From the NCBI RefSeq assembly GCF_006345805.1, contig NC_043002.1, positions 26,226,001 through 26,290,000 of the forward strand: a DNA stretch of 64,000 bases. Direction: 5' to 3'. Made by a program: the position numbers and the translations under genes. Position 1 is the first letter of the stretch, and each line of letters opens with the position of its first letter. Shown here piece by piece: positions 1-13,596 of the stretch. The stretch comes from Octopus sinensis. Taxonomy: Eukaryota. The notes below the pieces were generated by a model, which made no database searches, was not told where the DNA came from, and saw only the letters and a list, made by a program, of their open reading frames with translations.

Positions 1-81
1 TTTTTGTAATGTGTTTTTCTTTGAAAATTCCTCCGAAATTTTCATTTGAGAAGAGCACGCACATTGAAATATTTCCATATA

Positions 82-1620
82 CAACCAGAGACACGTTGAT
101 AGCTCAGGAGCGGAATTTAGGATTTCTCAGTTTTCTGTGAATCGATTTTGATAAAACTTTTCCCAGTTGGTTTCACACAATGGTAACAGCATTGTTATGT
201 TTTCATTATTCTGTGTAACATCCTTTCTATTATTTCAGATTCTTCAGTTAGTTTTTCTGTGAACCACACTAATAGCTTTTGAATGAATATAGCCCATGTA
301 GACATGTTTTTTTTTCAGAAATGAAGGGTAATGATAAATATGAAGCATACACTGGGTATATATTTAACAGAAATCCATGATAATATAACATTTAATGAGA
401 TATTGAATTATTTAGCCATATGAACGCTATTTCGACGAATAACTAAAAAAAGCCTATTAGTCATGGAATCTGTCAATCCCTTAATAGTAGCAGGTTGGAC
501 TGCCTCTGTTGTAGCTTTGATGGTCGCCCATAAGACATCTTTCGACGTTAATTGGCGTGCATCAGCTTAAACATCTTGTTTAACGATGGACGAAAGGTTT
601 TCGATAAGTTTGAGATCCGAAGATGCTAGCGGCATCAACTATCAACTTTTCGCCTTGTAAGCCGTAAGACCCACCTAGGAATGTTTGGGTGGTCCTGGCA
701 TAGTGGGAGGGAGCGTTGCCATGCATGAATACGAAATTATTTAGAAGTGACAGCAGTATGTCATCTAGCCAGGGATCCAAGACCTCCTTCAAGACATTGC
801 AGTAGGCGGCTGCGGTCAGTTTAACCTCTTCAGGCATCCTGACTGGGCCAACAAGTTTATCTCCAATGAGTCCAATCCACAACATGACTCCTCCCAACTG
901 ATATTGACGTGGTAAACGTTGGTGACGCACATCTCCAAAATATACACAACCTTTTGCCCAACCATCAGGTTCGTCAAGGGTCGCCCTGGTTTCGTCAATG
1001 AACAGAACACAACCCTATGTCTAATGTCAGGTACTTCTGTGCCCATTGAAGCCTCAAACTCCTGTGAGGAGGCAGTTTCAGGGGTTCTCGCACAGAAGCC
1101 ATGGTTCTTGAGAATGCGATTCCAGGTGATTTTCGGTACATGACAAAGTCCAAAGGTGGTGAAAATGGCTTTGCTTGATTGTCCAGGCTTTCCACGTAAG
1201 TTGCAACTAATATTCCTTAAATCTCTAGCTGTCACAGTCTTGGAAGTCCCACATTCGGATCGTTACTTCCTTGGCACTCATATGTCTAAATAATTTATTA
1301 TGTCAATAGTTGTCATAATATTATTATTGGTTTTCTGTTAAATATATACTCAATATATGCTTAATATGTATCATTAACCTTCGTTTTCTGAAAAAAAGAA
1401 AAAGAGTCTTGATGGGCTATTTTCATTCAAAAGCTATTAGCGTGTTTCATCCCAAAACGGAAGAATCTGAAATAGAAAAGAAAGGACGTTACACAGAATA
1501 ATGATAACAGAGTGTTGCCATAGTGTGCAAACCAACTGGGAAAATATTTATCAAAATCGATTCACAGAAAGCCAAGAAAACCTAAATTTCAGCCCTAAGC
1601 TATTAGCGTGGTTCTGGGTG
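82..1620 (-). mobile_element. Tc1-like DNA transposon, decayed, with ~210 bp IR/DR-type terminal inverted repeats
   Basis: 82-297 is the diverged reverse complement of ~1412-1620; TA flanks both ends (80-81, 1621-1622); inner direct repeat AGCTATTAGCGTG occurs twice in the right TIR. Minus-strand fragments read VLFIDETRATLDEPDGW, GGVMLWIG, FMHGNAPSH and a PDL..IEN remnant, broken by frameshifts. Confidence 0.92.
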
Positions 1621-2494
1621 TATATTACCTTGCCCAACCACTGGTAAAAGAGGTTATATGGAAAATATAAACACTAGAAAAGAATAATAATGTGGGGACA
1701 TAAGAATTTTGATACATCATACAGTACTTTAAGTTTTTGATCTGTTTAAGCACCTTCTATAAGTTCATATAGTATTACGCATGACCTAATATACTCGGGG
1801 GTGTTGGCGAATTTCCATCATTCGGTGCTCAGAATTCATTTATGCAATCAAAAGTATGACAATTTCTATGCAGTTTACGCCTATCCCATTTTATTGACAA
1901 AGAATGGGGAAACTGCAGGCTATAGTAAATTACATTAATTCAGTAAACAAAACAGTGGGATCGAGACTGAGAACGAGCGGTTACTAAGCTAACATTTGGC
2001 CATATTACACGTAAAACACTATATATACATACTTGTTTGTATATACAACACATACGTGTATACGCAGACATACGCACACACAAACAAAATCTATCAGATG
2101 CTAGTCAAGCAGTCGACGATGAAGAATATATAAAATAATAAAGTTGTATAACTATGGTTTATTCTCTACATTGTTAGGTTTCTACTCTGTACACATAATG
2201 TTGTTATAAGACAATGCTTCCAGATATCTCATATATTTCAACTAAATATAATTCAAGTATGTTTGCAGATAATTTAATTATTTATTTTATTCAGCTGAAT
2301 AATATTTACAATACTGAAAATAATAGAATATTAACAATAACAAGTTGCTCAACTAACAAAGAGTTGGAAAGAACGACAGATAACAGAATTTTGAACGTCA
2401 AACTTGACAAAAAAAAAAAGAAAAACAAAAAGAAAAATTCATGGTAAGCGCTTTCTATATAAGGAATATGTATCACTAATATGTATACATAGGA

Positions 2495-2830
2495 GTGAAT
2501 TTAAGTAGTTCGCTTCGCAACTTTTTATTTCTGGGTTCAGTTCTTATGCGCAGATTTTTAGGCAGGTACTTGTACGTTATGTTACCTAAAGTTCACAAAT
2601 GACTTGTCAGCGAATTTGGTAGACGAGAAGCGTGCAGAAGCCCATTCACACACACACACACACACTCTCTCTCTCTCTCTCTTTCTCTCTCTGTATATAT
2701 ATATATACATACATACAGAAACAGAGAGAGACAAAGAGACAGAGAGAATGTTCCTCCGCACACTTCCCGTCTACCAAATTCGCTGAGAAATCACTTGCAC
2801 AAAAACCTGCCCAAGAACTAGCAGATATAC
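2495..2830. mobile_element. Two decayed SINE fragments facing each other around a (CA)n/(CT)n/(GA)n tract
   Basis: GCGAATTTGGTAGACG at ~2610-2626 and its reverse complement CGTCTACCAAATTCGC at ~2768-2783 match the body of the SINE at 62108-62490. Confidence 0.55.
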
Positions 2831-2869
2831 CCAGCGTTGTCCGTGTCAGATGTAATTGAAGAATTAGAC

Positions 2870-4480
2870 TTTTCTTTTATATTTTCTCGAACTGGTGTGC
2901 CTATGATTCGAATTTCATCAAAATTGGAGATTAATAATTTTAATAGAGATTCTTTCTCTCTTTACATACCCTAACAAATATTCTAATCATAACATATTTA
3001 TCCCATACTACTCATCTTTAAGTCCAGTTTCCAAAATCCAAATCTTATAAAGCCCATTCAAAGATTTTTACTCCTGAAAAATGGGGAACATGGAGTACAT
3101 GAAGCTCTAAAAGGTGGGAGTTAAGGCACCTATTAGGGAGGTCTTATATCTATTGTTCAAATATATGAATGTTCACTGGATTTGTAAAAGAAAGCAAAGC
3201 TAGAGGAAACCAAAAGACAAATGATCACATTAAGCAGTCAGCTACACTACCCTAGTCGTTACCACTTCTTAATGTAGGATTCCTCACCATACAGGTGACC
3301 GGCACAGCCGTAAGATGGATTACAGATCTGTAGCAATTGGAAGGGCGTAACTCAAATCAAATAAACATTAACAACTGTGTGACGTGAGGGCTAAGGGAGA
3401 ATGAAAGTGTTACCTCTGGGGTTTGCCAATGATCACTATTAACTGAACAGAATAAATTTGCAATCTATAAATCTCTTTGAATAACTAATCACTCATCTGG
3501 AAAGGCCTTGAAATCAATGTTACCATCTAGGGACTATCTCTGACTCAATGATAATAAAAAAGCTCAAAGGGGTCTGCAACCAAATAACTTTATTCAAATT
3601 AACATATTGCAACTGAATCAATGGAGGCAAGGATGCCTCACTTTTACTTGACATTTTATGCACTACATTGCAGAAATCACAATCCACGTATATCTCAAAG
3701 CAAACTCTTACACTGTTGTATTATTGAATTACAAATGACGCTCATCTTGTATCCTTGGGTGCCTCTAGAACTTCCAAGACTACAATTGTATTTATCTTGG
3801 CTTAGGAAAATGACTAAATTGGAAGGGATAACCCTCCATTAAGGGGTCTTACTAACCTCCTAATAAGTTGAAATTTTAGGAATATTACTTCATTTATATC
3901 TAATATCTATGGTTAAAAGTTCATCAGTAGCAAAAATATATGAATTTTCATGGGGGTTATGGCCTCATTTATACCCCCTCAATTTCAAACATATACTATA
4001 TTACACCCATTCTTATGCATAGAATATAATTTCCAAATTTCATAAAGATCCATTCAGTAATTTTGATCTTGTTTTGGATCGTAAAAAATGACTAAACTTT
4101 GAGAGTTAAGGCCCCCATTAGAGAGTCTTAGAATCCTCATTAGAAGCGGAAACTTTGGGAATACTTCTGGATTTGTGTCAATTACCTATGGTTGAAATTT
4201 TATCAACATCGGAAATTTATAAATTTTCATGGGAGCGGGGTTCTGTCCCCTTTAAATCCCCTCAAATCCAAACCAAATATACTGCATTATACACACCCTT
4301 ATTCATTGAATCTAAGTTCCAAATATCATACGAATTTATTCAGTACATGAAAAATGACAAAAATTTGGGGGTTAAGCCACCATTGAGGGGTCTTAGAATC
4401 ATCCAACGAAATGGAAATTTGGGGTGTATTTTAAAATTTATTTCTAATATCTATGGTTCATATTTCATCAAAATCTGAAG
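2870..4480 (+). repeat. Diverged ~270 bp tandem repeat array, interrupted by unrelated sequence at ~3150-3800
   Basis: Anchor AAAATGAC-x-GTTAAG-x-CCATT-x-GTCTTA recurs at 3807, 4085 and 4351 (periods 278 and 266), with a partial copy at ~3118-3146; each unit also has TATGGTT..TTCATCA and TTTCCAAA motifs. Confidence 0.7.
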
Positions 4481-4569
4481 CTATGCAAGGGATCAACACA
4501 CAATGTTTTTCTGTGTTCGACAATACCGGCTCCACTACATACTAATACATACTAATATCTGCTACATAC

Positions 4570-4885
4570 TATTATCTGCGATTTTCATCAGTTCAAGACG
4601 TACCACGCTCTAGCCGGCCAAATGACATTAACAGCAACATTAACTCTAGTTATACGACCAAGATGATCGCAGACATCCCTGAAATAACCAAATGGAGTTT
4701 TGAAAATCATCTGCATGAACTTGGTTACTTCGGCAGGCTTGATGTTTTGGTTCCACATCAATTAAATAAGGCTAACCTTGCCCAACGGATTTTCGTCTCC
4801 GATTCTTTACACAAGCGTGAAGAAAACGATCCTTGTGTGAAGAAAACGCTGACAGGGAATTAAAAGATGGATCGTCTATGACGGT
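4570..4885 (+). mobile_element. mariner transposase fragment
   Basis: ORF 4663-4863 NHLHELGYFGRLDVLVPHQL...LTGN followed by WIVYD matches the mariner WVPHxL and TGDEKWI motifs. Confidence 0.8.
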
Positions 4886-6184
4886 AAGTGGCATGGTCCT
4901 TAAAGTGAAGAGTAAGTGAAAAATATCATTGACTTATAACACTTGAGGGGACTTAGTGATACTATAGGTAGACATCAATAATGCAATTACCAGATGGGAA
5001 CGGGGATTCTTAGTCGACGAAAACAATCTATAGAAACAAGGCTCCCATATGATCGCATTCCATATATTTAAACCTGTCGGAGAATAAAATGATACGAAAC
5101 CAGATAAGTGAGCAACGTCTATAATGCAAATATTTCATAGGAAATGTTCCTCAAGGATAAAAGTGTGCATTTGCTGTAAAATTGTTATCGGTATTATAAC
5201 ACAATAGATACAAATAACCTATGCATTAAAGGCAGTTCATTTATGTGAACTCATAGATACGATTCGCGTTACGAAAGAGTTTAGTAACTGAATGAATATT
5301 GCAATATACTTGCAAGAATGTTATGCTTACTTTCAGTATTAATTTGGTATCTACCATGTCGATTCGATAGACCGCTTAAAACACGCAATTTAGAGAAGAC
5401 CTGAATGAAAGCCTAAGTCACATATAATTATATAAATATATGGAGTATTATTACTTTGGTGTACTAGTATAACAAATGACTGGTTTACAATAGTCTTGTG
5501 ATTCGAGCCACTCAGATGGATTTCCGACATTACTTATTGTAAAGCGTTTTAAACCTAATATATTATCATCTATCTATCTATCTATCTATCTATATATAGA
5601 TAGATATACGTTAGAGATATCACACTTTTATGATGTTACATATATATTCATAAGAGTATGCATATATTTTGGTCTTCTATCATTTTCTTGCTTTCTATCT
5701 TTGGCCTCCGGTATTAAGCTGGGAAAACTCTGAAATAATTTTAGTCGATGATATCGGATGTAATCTCTATAAATATAATTATCTATTTAAAGAAAGACTA
5801 AATCTACTTAATATAAAGGGATACAACTAAAACCCTTCTAATACCACGTGTTAATTTCTTGACACGGTGATTAATCGGTGTTAACTGGATTACATAAGTG
5901 TGTGAGCGCATGTATCTGTATTTGTAGTAGAGTATGTTTACGTATATCAATATCTATGTATGTATCTACCTATCAGTTTGTATGTACGCATTTATGAATG
6001 TCTATATATATATTTATTTTTATATGTGTGTACACATAGGCGTATAGAAATGCATAAATTTAAGTATGCATATATTTCTATACATAACTATAGCTGTATG
6101 TGTATGTGTATATGCGCGTGGTGTGGTGTTGTGTGTGTGTGTGTGTGTGTGTGTGTATGCGTGTGTGAGTGTGCTTGTGTGATT

Positions 6185-6215
<31 letters not shown>

Positions 6216-6675
6216 CATAGTCCTATCACGTGAATATGCTACAGGTAACTTTTAATCCTGTAAAAATTGTTGCTTGGTCAGTATGTCGGCATCTAAAATG
6301 CCAACTTTACCAAGTGTGCTTGGTGAAGACGATAATTTCAGATATCCCGAAGAATGGAAACAAGACTTGTGGAAGGCGGATGAAGGTAAAGAGCACTAAG
6401 CCATGAAAGAAAGTAATGTCCGTGACGTTAAACCTGAAAGATCGTTCAAATTTTCAACAGTACTGAGGTACCGAGAAGAAAGCTGTTCTGTCTAGAATGT
6501 GAGTGAATACAGCTCTGTACACACTTCTTTCTGTTGTCTATTTCATACAGAGGAATTCAATGTGGAATATAGTGTAATCATGATGCAGACGAATAGAACA
6601 TGCTCGCGTCGTCCCCTCTCTGCTATAGCAATACTCAACAAAATTACAACTTTCTGGAACTCGAAGTGACTTCCA

Positions 6676-6749
<74 letters not shown>

Positions 6750-7399
6750 CTGTGTGTGTGTGGTTGTGGGTGTGTGTGTATCCCTAAATCCACAAGTTGC
6801 TTTTTTTCTATTCTGTTTATTTCTCTGTTTAGATTGATCTAGGATGTAGTTTCATATGAAGATAGACAGAAGAGGATATTAAATAAGCATGTATTTGTAG
6901 GCTGTGTTTTGACAGAAAGTTATGGGAGTTATTTTGCTCTGACATGAGAAATTTATTATTGTCTAAGATTCAGTGAAGTGTAGAAGCAAAGTCACGAAGT
7001 TTTCTTGCCATTCTTCAATAGAGTTGTGTTTTCCTCAAATTCTCTAGACTTCATTATAATTTTTGCACATATCATTTGGAAAGTATTGCGGTCGTGTAAG
7101 ATTCTCTCTTTTTAGGTCGTTCAGTGTCAGTCTTTAAAGTAATCAGCCGAGTTTTCTGCTATATGAAATACATTACAAGGGTTAGCTTCTATGTATACAG
7201 GTACATATGAGAAAGCCCAGTACATACGTAAAATTGAGTCAAATTTTGCATCCAATTCATAAATCTGCTTTGAATTACATGATAAATATATCGTCTATTG
7301 TCAAAGTTTGGACATGCATCCTCTCTGTTTTGCATTGTGAATATTTTCACACAATCTTTGAATACCTCTTATTTAATTCTTACTTAATATCAATGGTTA

Positions 7400-9540
7400 A
7401 TGATGATAGTTTGCATAAGGATTCTAAATATTTTTACCTTTTCTAAAAGCTCTGATATGTCTAGTAACGAAGCAATTCTTTTCTAAATCCACGTGATGGA
7501 TAAAATGGATAAAATAAAAAGGAAACGTCTTAAATATTTCGTTAGGACAAAAAATCTTGTTTTGTAATAAAATTGTTAAAGTAAGAGCTCGAATATAAGC
7601 GGAAGCATATTTTTTCGTTCGAGCTATTTTCAAATGACTGCATGTTGCAGCCATACTGTAGCGTGCATACTTATAAAGAAGTTTATATATCCCTCTTAGT
7701 TTATCGCATTTACTGGCTTCTAGCAGCTCAAAGGAAATTATGGTAAATATCGTCAACGGCCATTGAACTGGACTCAGTTCCACAGATACGAAAATGGCTG
7801 CATGCATTGAACTGAACTCAGTTCTACTGAACTGAACTCAGTTGCACTGATACTAAAATGGCTGCATGCACCAGATAAATTGTGAATGGGGAGAATTATT
7901 CCATGGATAATTACTGCATAGAAATCGTAATACAATTTCGATTGTAGAATCAAATTTAAGTTGACTGCGTTTTCAACTAAGAAAAAAAAAACATTAGTGT
8001 TTACTTTTAATCAAATATACATTTAAGACTTTCAAAAGAAATCTTAAATGCTTTGTCAGCAAACATATTCTCGCTTTCTGATAAAATTGTTAAATTAAGA
8101 ATTCAAATGTAAATGGAAGCATGATTCTTTTTTGTCCAAAGCATTTTCTCTTGCTTCCAAGTTGTAGCCATTGTGTATGGGAATATATATTTAGACAAGG
8201 GAAATATACTGCTGATTCATCACATTCTTCTGGCTTCTATCAGCTTAACCGAATCAATGACAACTATCTTCAACTGTTACCGAAGTGAGTGTATTTCTAC
8301 TGTAGCTAAATAACAGGTTTGGGATCCTTCTTTATTGCAGCCGTCATTTTAATTGCGAAGGGGAAGTCTTGTTCCATAGATAGCTCTTGCACTGAAATCG
8401 AAATATAAATTCAATTGCAGAAGCAAATTTTAGCTCACTGCCTTTCTAATTAAGATAAATACAGTAGTATTTAACTTAATTCAAATATAATTTGGCCTTC
8501 CTTTGAGGTGAATCTTATACCAAATTGCGTATATGTAGTTGGAATTTAATATTATTCATTATAACGAAATAATCCGATTAAATATGATTCTTCCCCTCAG
8601 AAATAAGACAAATGAAGTATTAAAGTTGGTCACATATCAAATTAAGTTTTGTAACAAACATTAATTTACGCTCTTTAACTGGTCCTAGATCATCCAGTAG
8701 AAACTTCTCCTTTAAATAATTTGGTAAATTAATCAGGAAAATGTGTTTGTCTATTTTAATTAGGAAAGTTGGTGGACAATTCTTTTGATATTTGATAGCT
8801 TGCATCATTCTTTTAATGCCGATTATAATCGATCAACTCATTGCTGCTGCTTTACCGAAGTCTTCATTTTTACTAGAAGTTATGGAATGAGGCACTTCAT
8901 TCGTCGACTTATTATGTCCATGTATCTTTCTCACAGTGTTGTAACTGTAAATCCCGAGGCATTTAATGTTTGTATGTTCCCTGGAAGACTTTATAAATTG
9001 GTCAATGAAAGTTGTTAGATAAGCACGTAACTTAACTCTTATGATATTTATTGTTATTCCAATATTTTTTCAGCATTCTGTTTTTCTTTTCTTTTTTGTT
9101 TAGTTTTAGAAAAAAAACTCCATTGTCAGCTAAAGCTTTGTGGTCTTTCTTTAATTCAATAAGTAAAAGCAATATAATAGACTACTGAACACTAATCAAT
9201 TTCAAAATTACAACCAAATTGATTTATTTTGAAAGAGAGATAACCCCCACGATACAGCTTAGTTGAGAAATAAAACAAACATTCTCTTTGTCTTCGTTTA
9301 CATTGCTTCTTATTGCTGAATGGATGTGTCCCATCGAACTTGTCGGGTAATAAAAGAAGTGTAATCGGTATAGAAGTCTCTTTTTGTAAACTATGGAGTG
9401 TGTATACAATTGACAAATAAAAAAAAAATCAGTTTGCAACGACCCGTTAATATAAGAATGTTTTCTTTGTGAAGAAATTGCTTTATTAAGTTTTATTGCG
9501 AACATTGATAGCGTGCACTTTTCACCTGGTCGAGTATCAT
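7400..9540 (-). mobile_element. Possible highly decayed Mutator (MULE)-like transposase remnant
   Basis: Broken minus-strand fragments RKLMFVTKLNL, LYFDFSARAI..QDFP and HNGYNLE resemble MULE motifs (IFxT..NL, DFE.A.I...FP, TNN.LE); a related segment recurs at ~7570-7620 and ~8082-8135. Motif recall only. Confidence 0.3.
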
Positions 9541-10179
9541 ACAAAATATGTTTTTCCTCTTTAAATGTTAACTAACAAACTCTTCTGCTATTCGTCTTTG
9601 TCTGTCCCACCGTTTTATTTTCTTATTGCTTGGTAGATAAATTCTATTTTTAAGGCATATTGAACACACACACATACAGCCACACAGACACTTACGCACA
9701 CAGATATTAATAAAAACAACAAGTTGCAATGTTTTACTGTATAGTAAAGTCAACAACATGTGACTAAGGGTGTCAAAACATTTCCATTGACAGAAATAGC
9801 TAAAGTGTTTGGAGAATTTTAGCTCTTATTTCTAGCAATGTTGGTGCCTTGATACCCTCAGTTACGTTTAGTTGACGACTATAATTCTCCTTGTATGTAT
9901 ATATATATGTGTGTGTGCGTGCGTGTGCGTTTGTGTATGTGTGTACACACTTACAGATACACAGAAACAGGCAGAAACACACACACACGCAAACACACAG
10001 ACACATACACAAACACAGACACACACACGCACACTCACGCAAACACACACACATACACACACGCATGCATGCTAACCGGAGAATTTGGCTCCAATTTATC
10101 GATTGCATCTTGTTTGATAATAACATTTATCTGCATATGCACTGAGCGAGACCACGTGCACATTTCTTTTACTAATGTT

Positions 10180-10530
10180 CCGGACTCACGAATGTCTTGT
10201 GAACGAATTTAGTAGAAGGAAACTGTGTTGAAGCCCGTTAAATCTATATATATATAAATATCCAGCGAGAGAGAGAAAAGTGATTTGTGTTTGCGAGTGT
10301 GTGTGTTCGCGTATGTGTGTATATGTATGTATCTCTATGTTAGCCTGTATCCCTCCACTGCTTGAAAAGCCTTGTTGGTTTGTTTATGTGCCTGTAAGTT
10401 AACAGTTCGGCAAAAGAGACCGATACAATAAGTATCAGATAGACATTGAAATATATACTACAGTCGATTTATTCCAGTAAATCATTTAAGATGTTGTCAC
10501 ATGTGCACAATCCAAAACTGAAACATGTAA
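10180..10530 (+). mobile_element. Decayed SINE body, same family as 62108-62490
   Basis: GAATTTAGTAGAAGGAAACTG..GAAGCCCGT, an internal microsatellite, then GTTCGGCAAAAGAGACCGATACAATAAGTA. Confidence 0.7.
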
Positions 10531-10620
10531 AAGATATAAATTGAAACATAAACACATACATACATACATATATACATACATACATACATACATACATACA
10601 TACATACATACATACATACA

Positions 10621-11173
10621 TGGTGGCTGCCCCCTCGTTATCGCGTATGGCCATTGCACGAAGCTTAATCAATGTTGTTATCGTGCAATGCCTGTGCAAG
10701 AAGATTTTTTTTAAGTGAGGAAAGGCTGTGTACTGAGTCAATCCCACTCACTAAGCAACAGCAGCCATAATCCGAAAAGAAGAACAAGTCAACATCATCG
10801 GTAGCCACAGAGCCGTAGGTTTTATATCGGAGTTATCCCAGTTACCTGAGTTACCTTCTCCTACAAAGATGCCCTAACAAAGGCTAGGAGTCCTTCACTC
10901 CCAATGGTTTAACTGCGCGATCGGGTGTTCAGTCCGATTATTTCTATGTCCCCGCGCATGATACAGCCTTAAGACATTTATTGGATGGCCGTTGACTCTC
11001 AAGTGTTCCTCCGCCCTTTGACGGGTTTTGTTTTTCATCCCACAGGGTGTCCACTAAACACCCTCCTCACTAAGCAAGCTTAGTTGGGTTGTCAGTTTAG
11101 TCGCCGACGACCCGACCATGCAACAGGTTGTACTGGGTTACATGTTACCAGTAGCACTCGAAAGTGACCTGAC
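10621..11173 (-). mobile_element. ~550 bp non-autonomous RTE-like element (5' UTR joined to 3' end) inserted in (ACAT)n
   Basis: GC-richer block bounded by (ACAT)n on both sides, no ORF. Minus strand has an RTE-like 5' UTR motif (TAGGAGAAGGTAACTC...TAAAACC) and ends GCCATACGCGATAACGAGGGGGCAGCCACCA running into (TGTA)n. Confidence 0.65.
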
Positions 11174-11174
11174 A
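11093..11174 (-). ncRNA. Degenerate HDV-like ribozyme at the 5' end of the RTE-like element
   Basis: Minus strand order: UGUCAG, J1/2 hairpin CACU-UUCG-AGUG, P2 CAGU, P3 ACA, L3 ACCUGU, UGC, P1' AUGGUC, GG, P4 UCG-UCGG-CGA, C-UAA, P2' ACUG. P1 and P3 have mismatches. Confidence 0.5.
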
Positions 11175-12639
11175 TAACATACATACATACATACATACGT
11201 ACATATATAAAATATAACAGTTAATAATGTAAATCGTACTGGAAGTGTTTCATATCGGATTATCCTTTTCTGCTGCAAATAATATCAACATATATAAGGT
11301 TATTTCAGAACGATGATTTACAATTTTACCCTTTAGAATACAGATTACTCTGTCTCATGTAACGCTTATTTATTCATATAATTTTGAATTAATCGTGCAT
11401 TATCTCATAGCTTTAAGATTTCAATGATTTGATTGTTTATTCTTGCAATGATATTCTAATGTGTGTATGTGTGTGTGTGCACATGCATGTGCGGCCGCGG
11501 GAAGCAGGATCCGGCCAGTTTGACCGAAAAACATGTAGAGCATTTAAGTTTGATATATCCAAATGCTAAAGGGTTAAGTATGTCGCTTGTACCATTACAA
11601 TAGCCCATTTCGGTATCGAAATCATGAGAACGCCAGAATAATTTTTAAGCACATTATAAAATGAGAAACACAAAGGAGAATTCTCTGTCTTAGAGAGAAA
11701 AGCGGTATTCTTCACAATAGCTCTCTCACGCTAAACAAAAGAAGCAATCTGATTTGAATCTGCTTACATATGCACAAATTATTTTTCTATAATTTCATAC
11801 AAGCCCTCCGGATGAATGATAAATGACTGTTGAATTTCACGATCACGTGAACACCGAATAACCAGCGACCGAAATTTAAGCAAAAGGAATTTCATCTCAA
11901 TTCACTGATTGCACATCCTGTTAAAAGGCAGTTTGAACTAAGCTATAGTTTGGAAATATAATGAATATTTAACTTACACATGAATAAATATACATGTGCA
12001 TGTGTCATTTTCCACTTTTCTGTTAACATCCATGATTTACAAATATATTTATATGCACAAATCCTTATATCAATATATACATATACTGGTATACTGCCAC
12101 GTACTGTATACGTAAGTTCTAAATATATTTGTTAAATTCAATATACAATATAGTAAGATGAAATGGCAAACATAAGGCAATCATATTACATCAAAATACA
12201 CGTTGCATTTAAAAGCAATATTTAACACAATATATAATGTTCTATATCTAAAGAGCGGAAAACTTAAATTTAGAACAGCGGTTGTAGATTTCTTATGTAG
12301 AGAGAGGGAGAGAGAGGGAGGAGGGAATTTGGTAAAAACATTCTAGAATGCTCTGCAAAGCTCGTCCAAAGTCATTGGTTACCTGATGTCATCCTATAGT
12401 GGAAATACCCCTGTTACTAGATATATATCAGGAACCTCACAGTAACCGTAGTTTATATACGTAGACAGCTGATAGAAAATGGAAGGACATACGTTATTTA
12501 GATCACTACAATCGTTTGGACACCTTGTTTTGCACCTGTAGTTCATCGGTGCATGTTTTCTTCTTTTATCATACTATATCAATTTCTCTCAGGTTTTTAA
12601 AAATAGCTAAATGAATCTTAGAACAATATATGTGGGACA

Positions 12640-12936
<297 letters not shown>

Positions 12937-13148
12937 GGTTGTCTATCTGCCGTCTGTCTGCATGTGATATACAAACTTATGGATTAAATAGAATATATCC
13001 ACATACAAGTTTGATATGTATATATAGTTCAGTAAAATGTAGATACAGTTGAATATGGTATATATATATATATATATTATATATATATATATATATATAA
13101 TATATATATATATAATATATATATGTATATATATTATTTTATAGAAGG

Positions 13149-13199
13149 AGCTTCTACAGGACTAGAACTGTTTCATTCAAATGAAATCATCAGGAAGCT
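13149..13199 (-). ncRNA. Type I hammerhead ribozyme, canonical core, in a ~250 bp insert between (TA)n tracts
   Basis: Minus strand: AGCUUC CUGAUGA UUUC-AUUU-GAAU GAAA CAG-UUCUAGUC-CUG UA GAAGCU. Perfect 6 bp stem I, GUA cleavage triplet; first pair of stem II is a U-U mismatch. Confidence 0.8.
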
Positions 13200-13556
13200 T
13201 GGCGTCAAGAATAGTTTTGGCATTTATACACTTAGGCAGATTTGATGGGGTGGTGGTGGGGGACTTTTTGGGGGTAGGCAGGGCACAAACTGTCTTTCTT
13301 AGGGGAGTGGTCAAAAGAATCAGTGATAAAGTAGATAAATGAATAAATAGAATAATAGAATAGTGTTTTAGGTAAATAGGAAGACTATTGCTTATATATA
13401 TATATATATATATATAGTCAAAATTAGTCACAAGGATATCCAGAGGTAGCTTATTTTTATTGTAATCACTCCATTTTAAATTATATGGATAATACTATAC
13501 CAAATTCTGGTGCCTTTATCTTAAGTACCATATTCAACTGTATCTAAATTTTACTG

Positions 13557-13596
<40 letters not shown>

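Noticed and set aside
6282-6398. Short ORF or exon-like stretch MSASKMPT...YPEEWKQDLWKADEG with AG/GT-like borders
   Set aside because: No neighbouring exons or recognisable domain; it could equally be a LINE C-terminal relic.
7760-7872. Short nested repeats of TGAACTGAACTCAGTT / AAAATGGCTGCATGCA
   Set aside because: Local slippage duplication without spacers; not a CRISPR-like array.
12500-12598. Possible minus-strand hammerhead relic (CTGAGAG...CAAACGATTGTAGTGATC)
   Set aside because: Both core segments are mutated and stem I does not pair.
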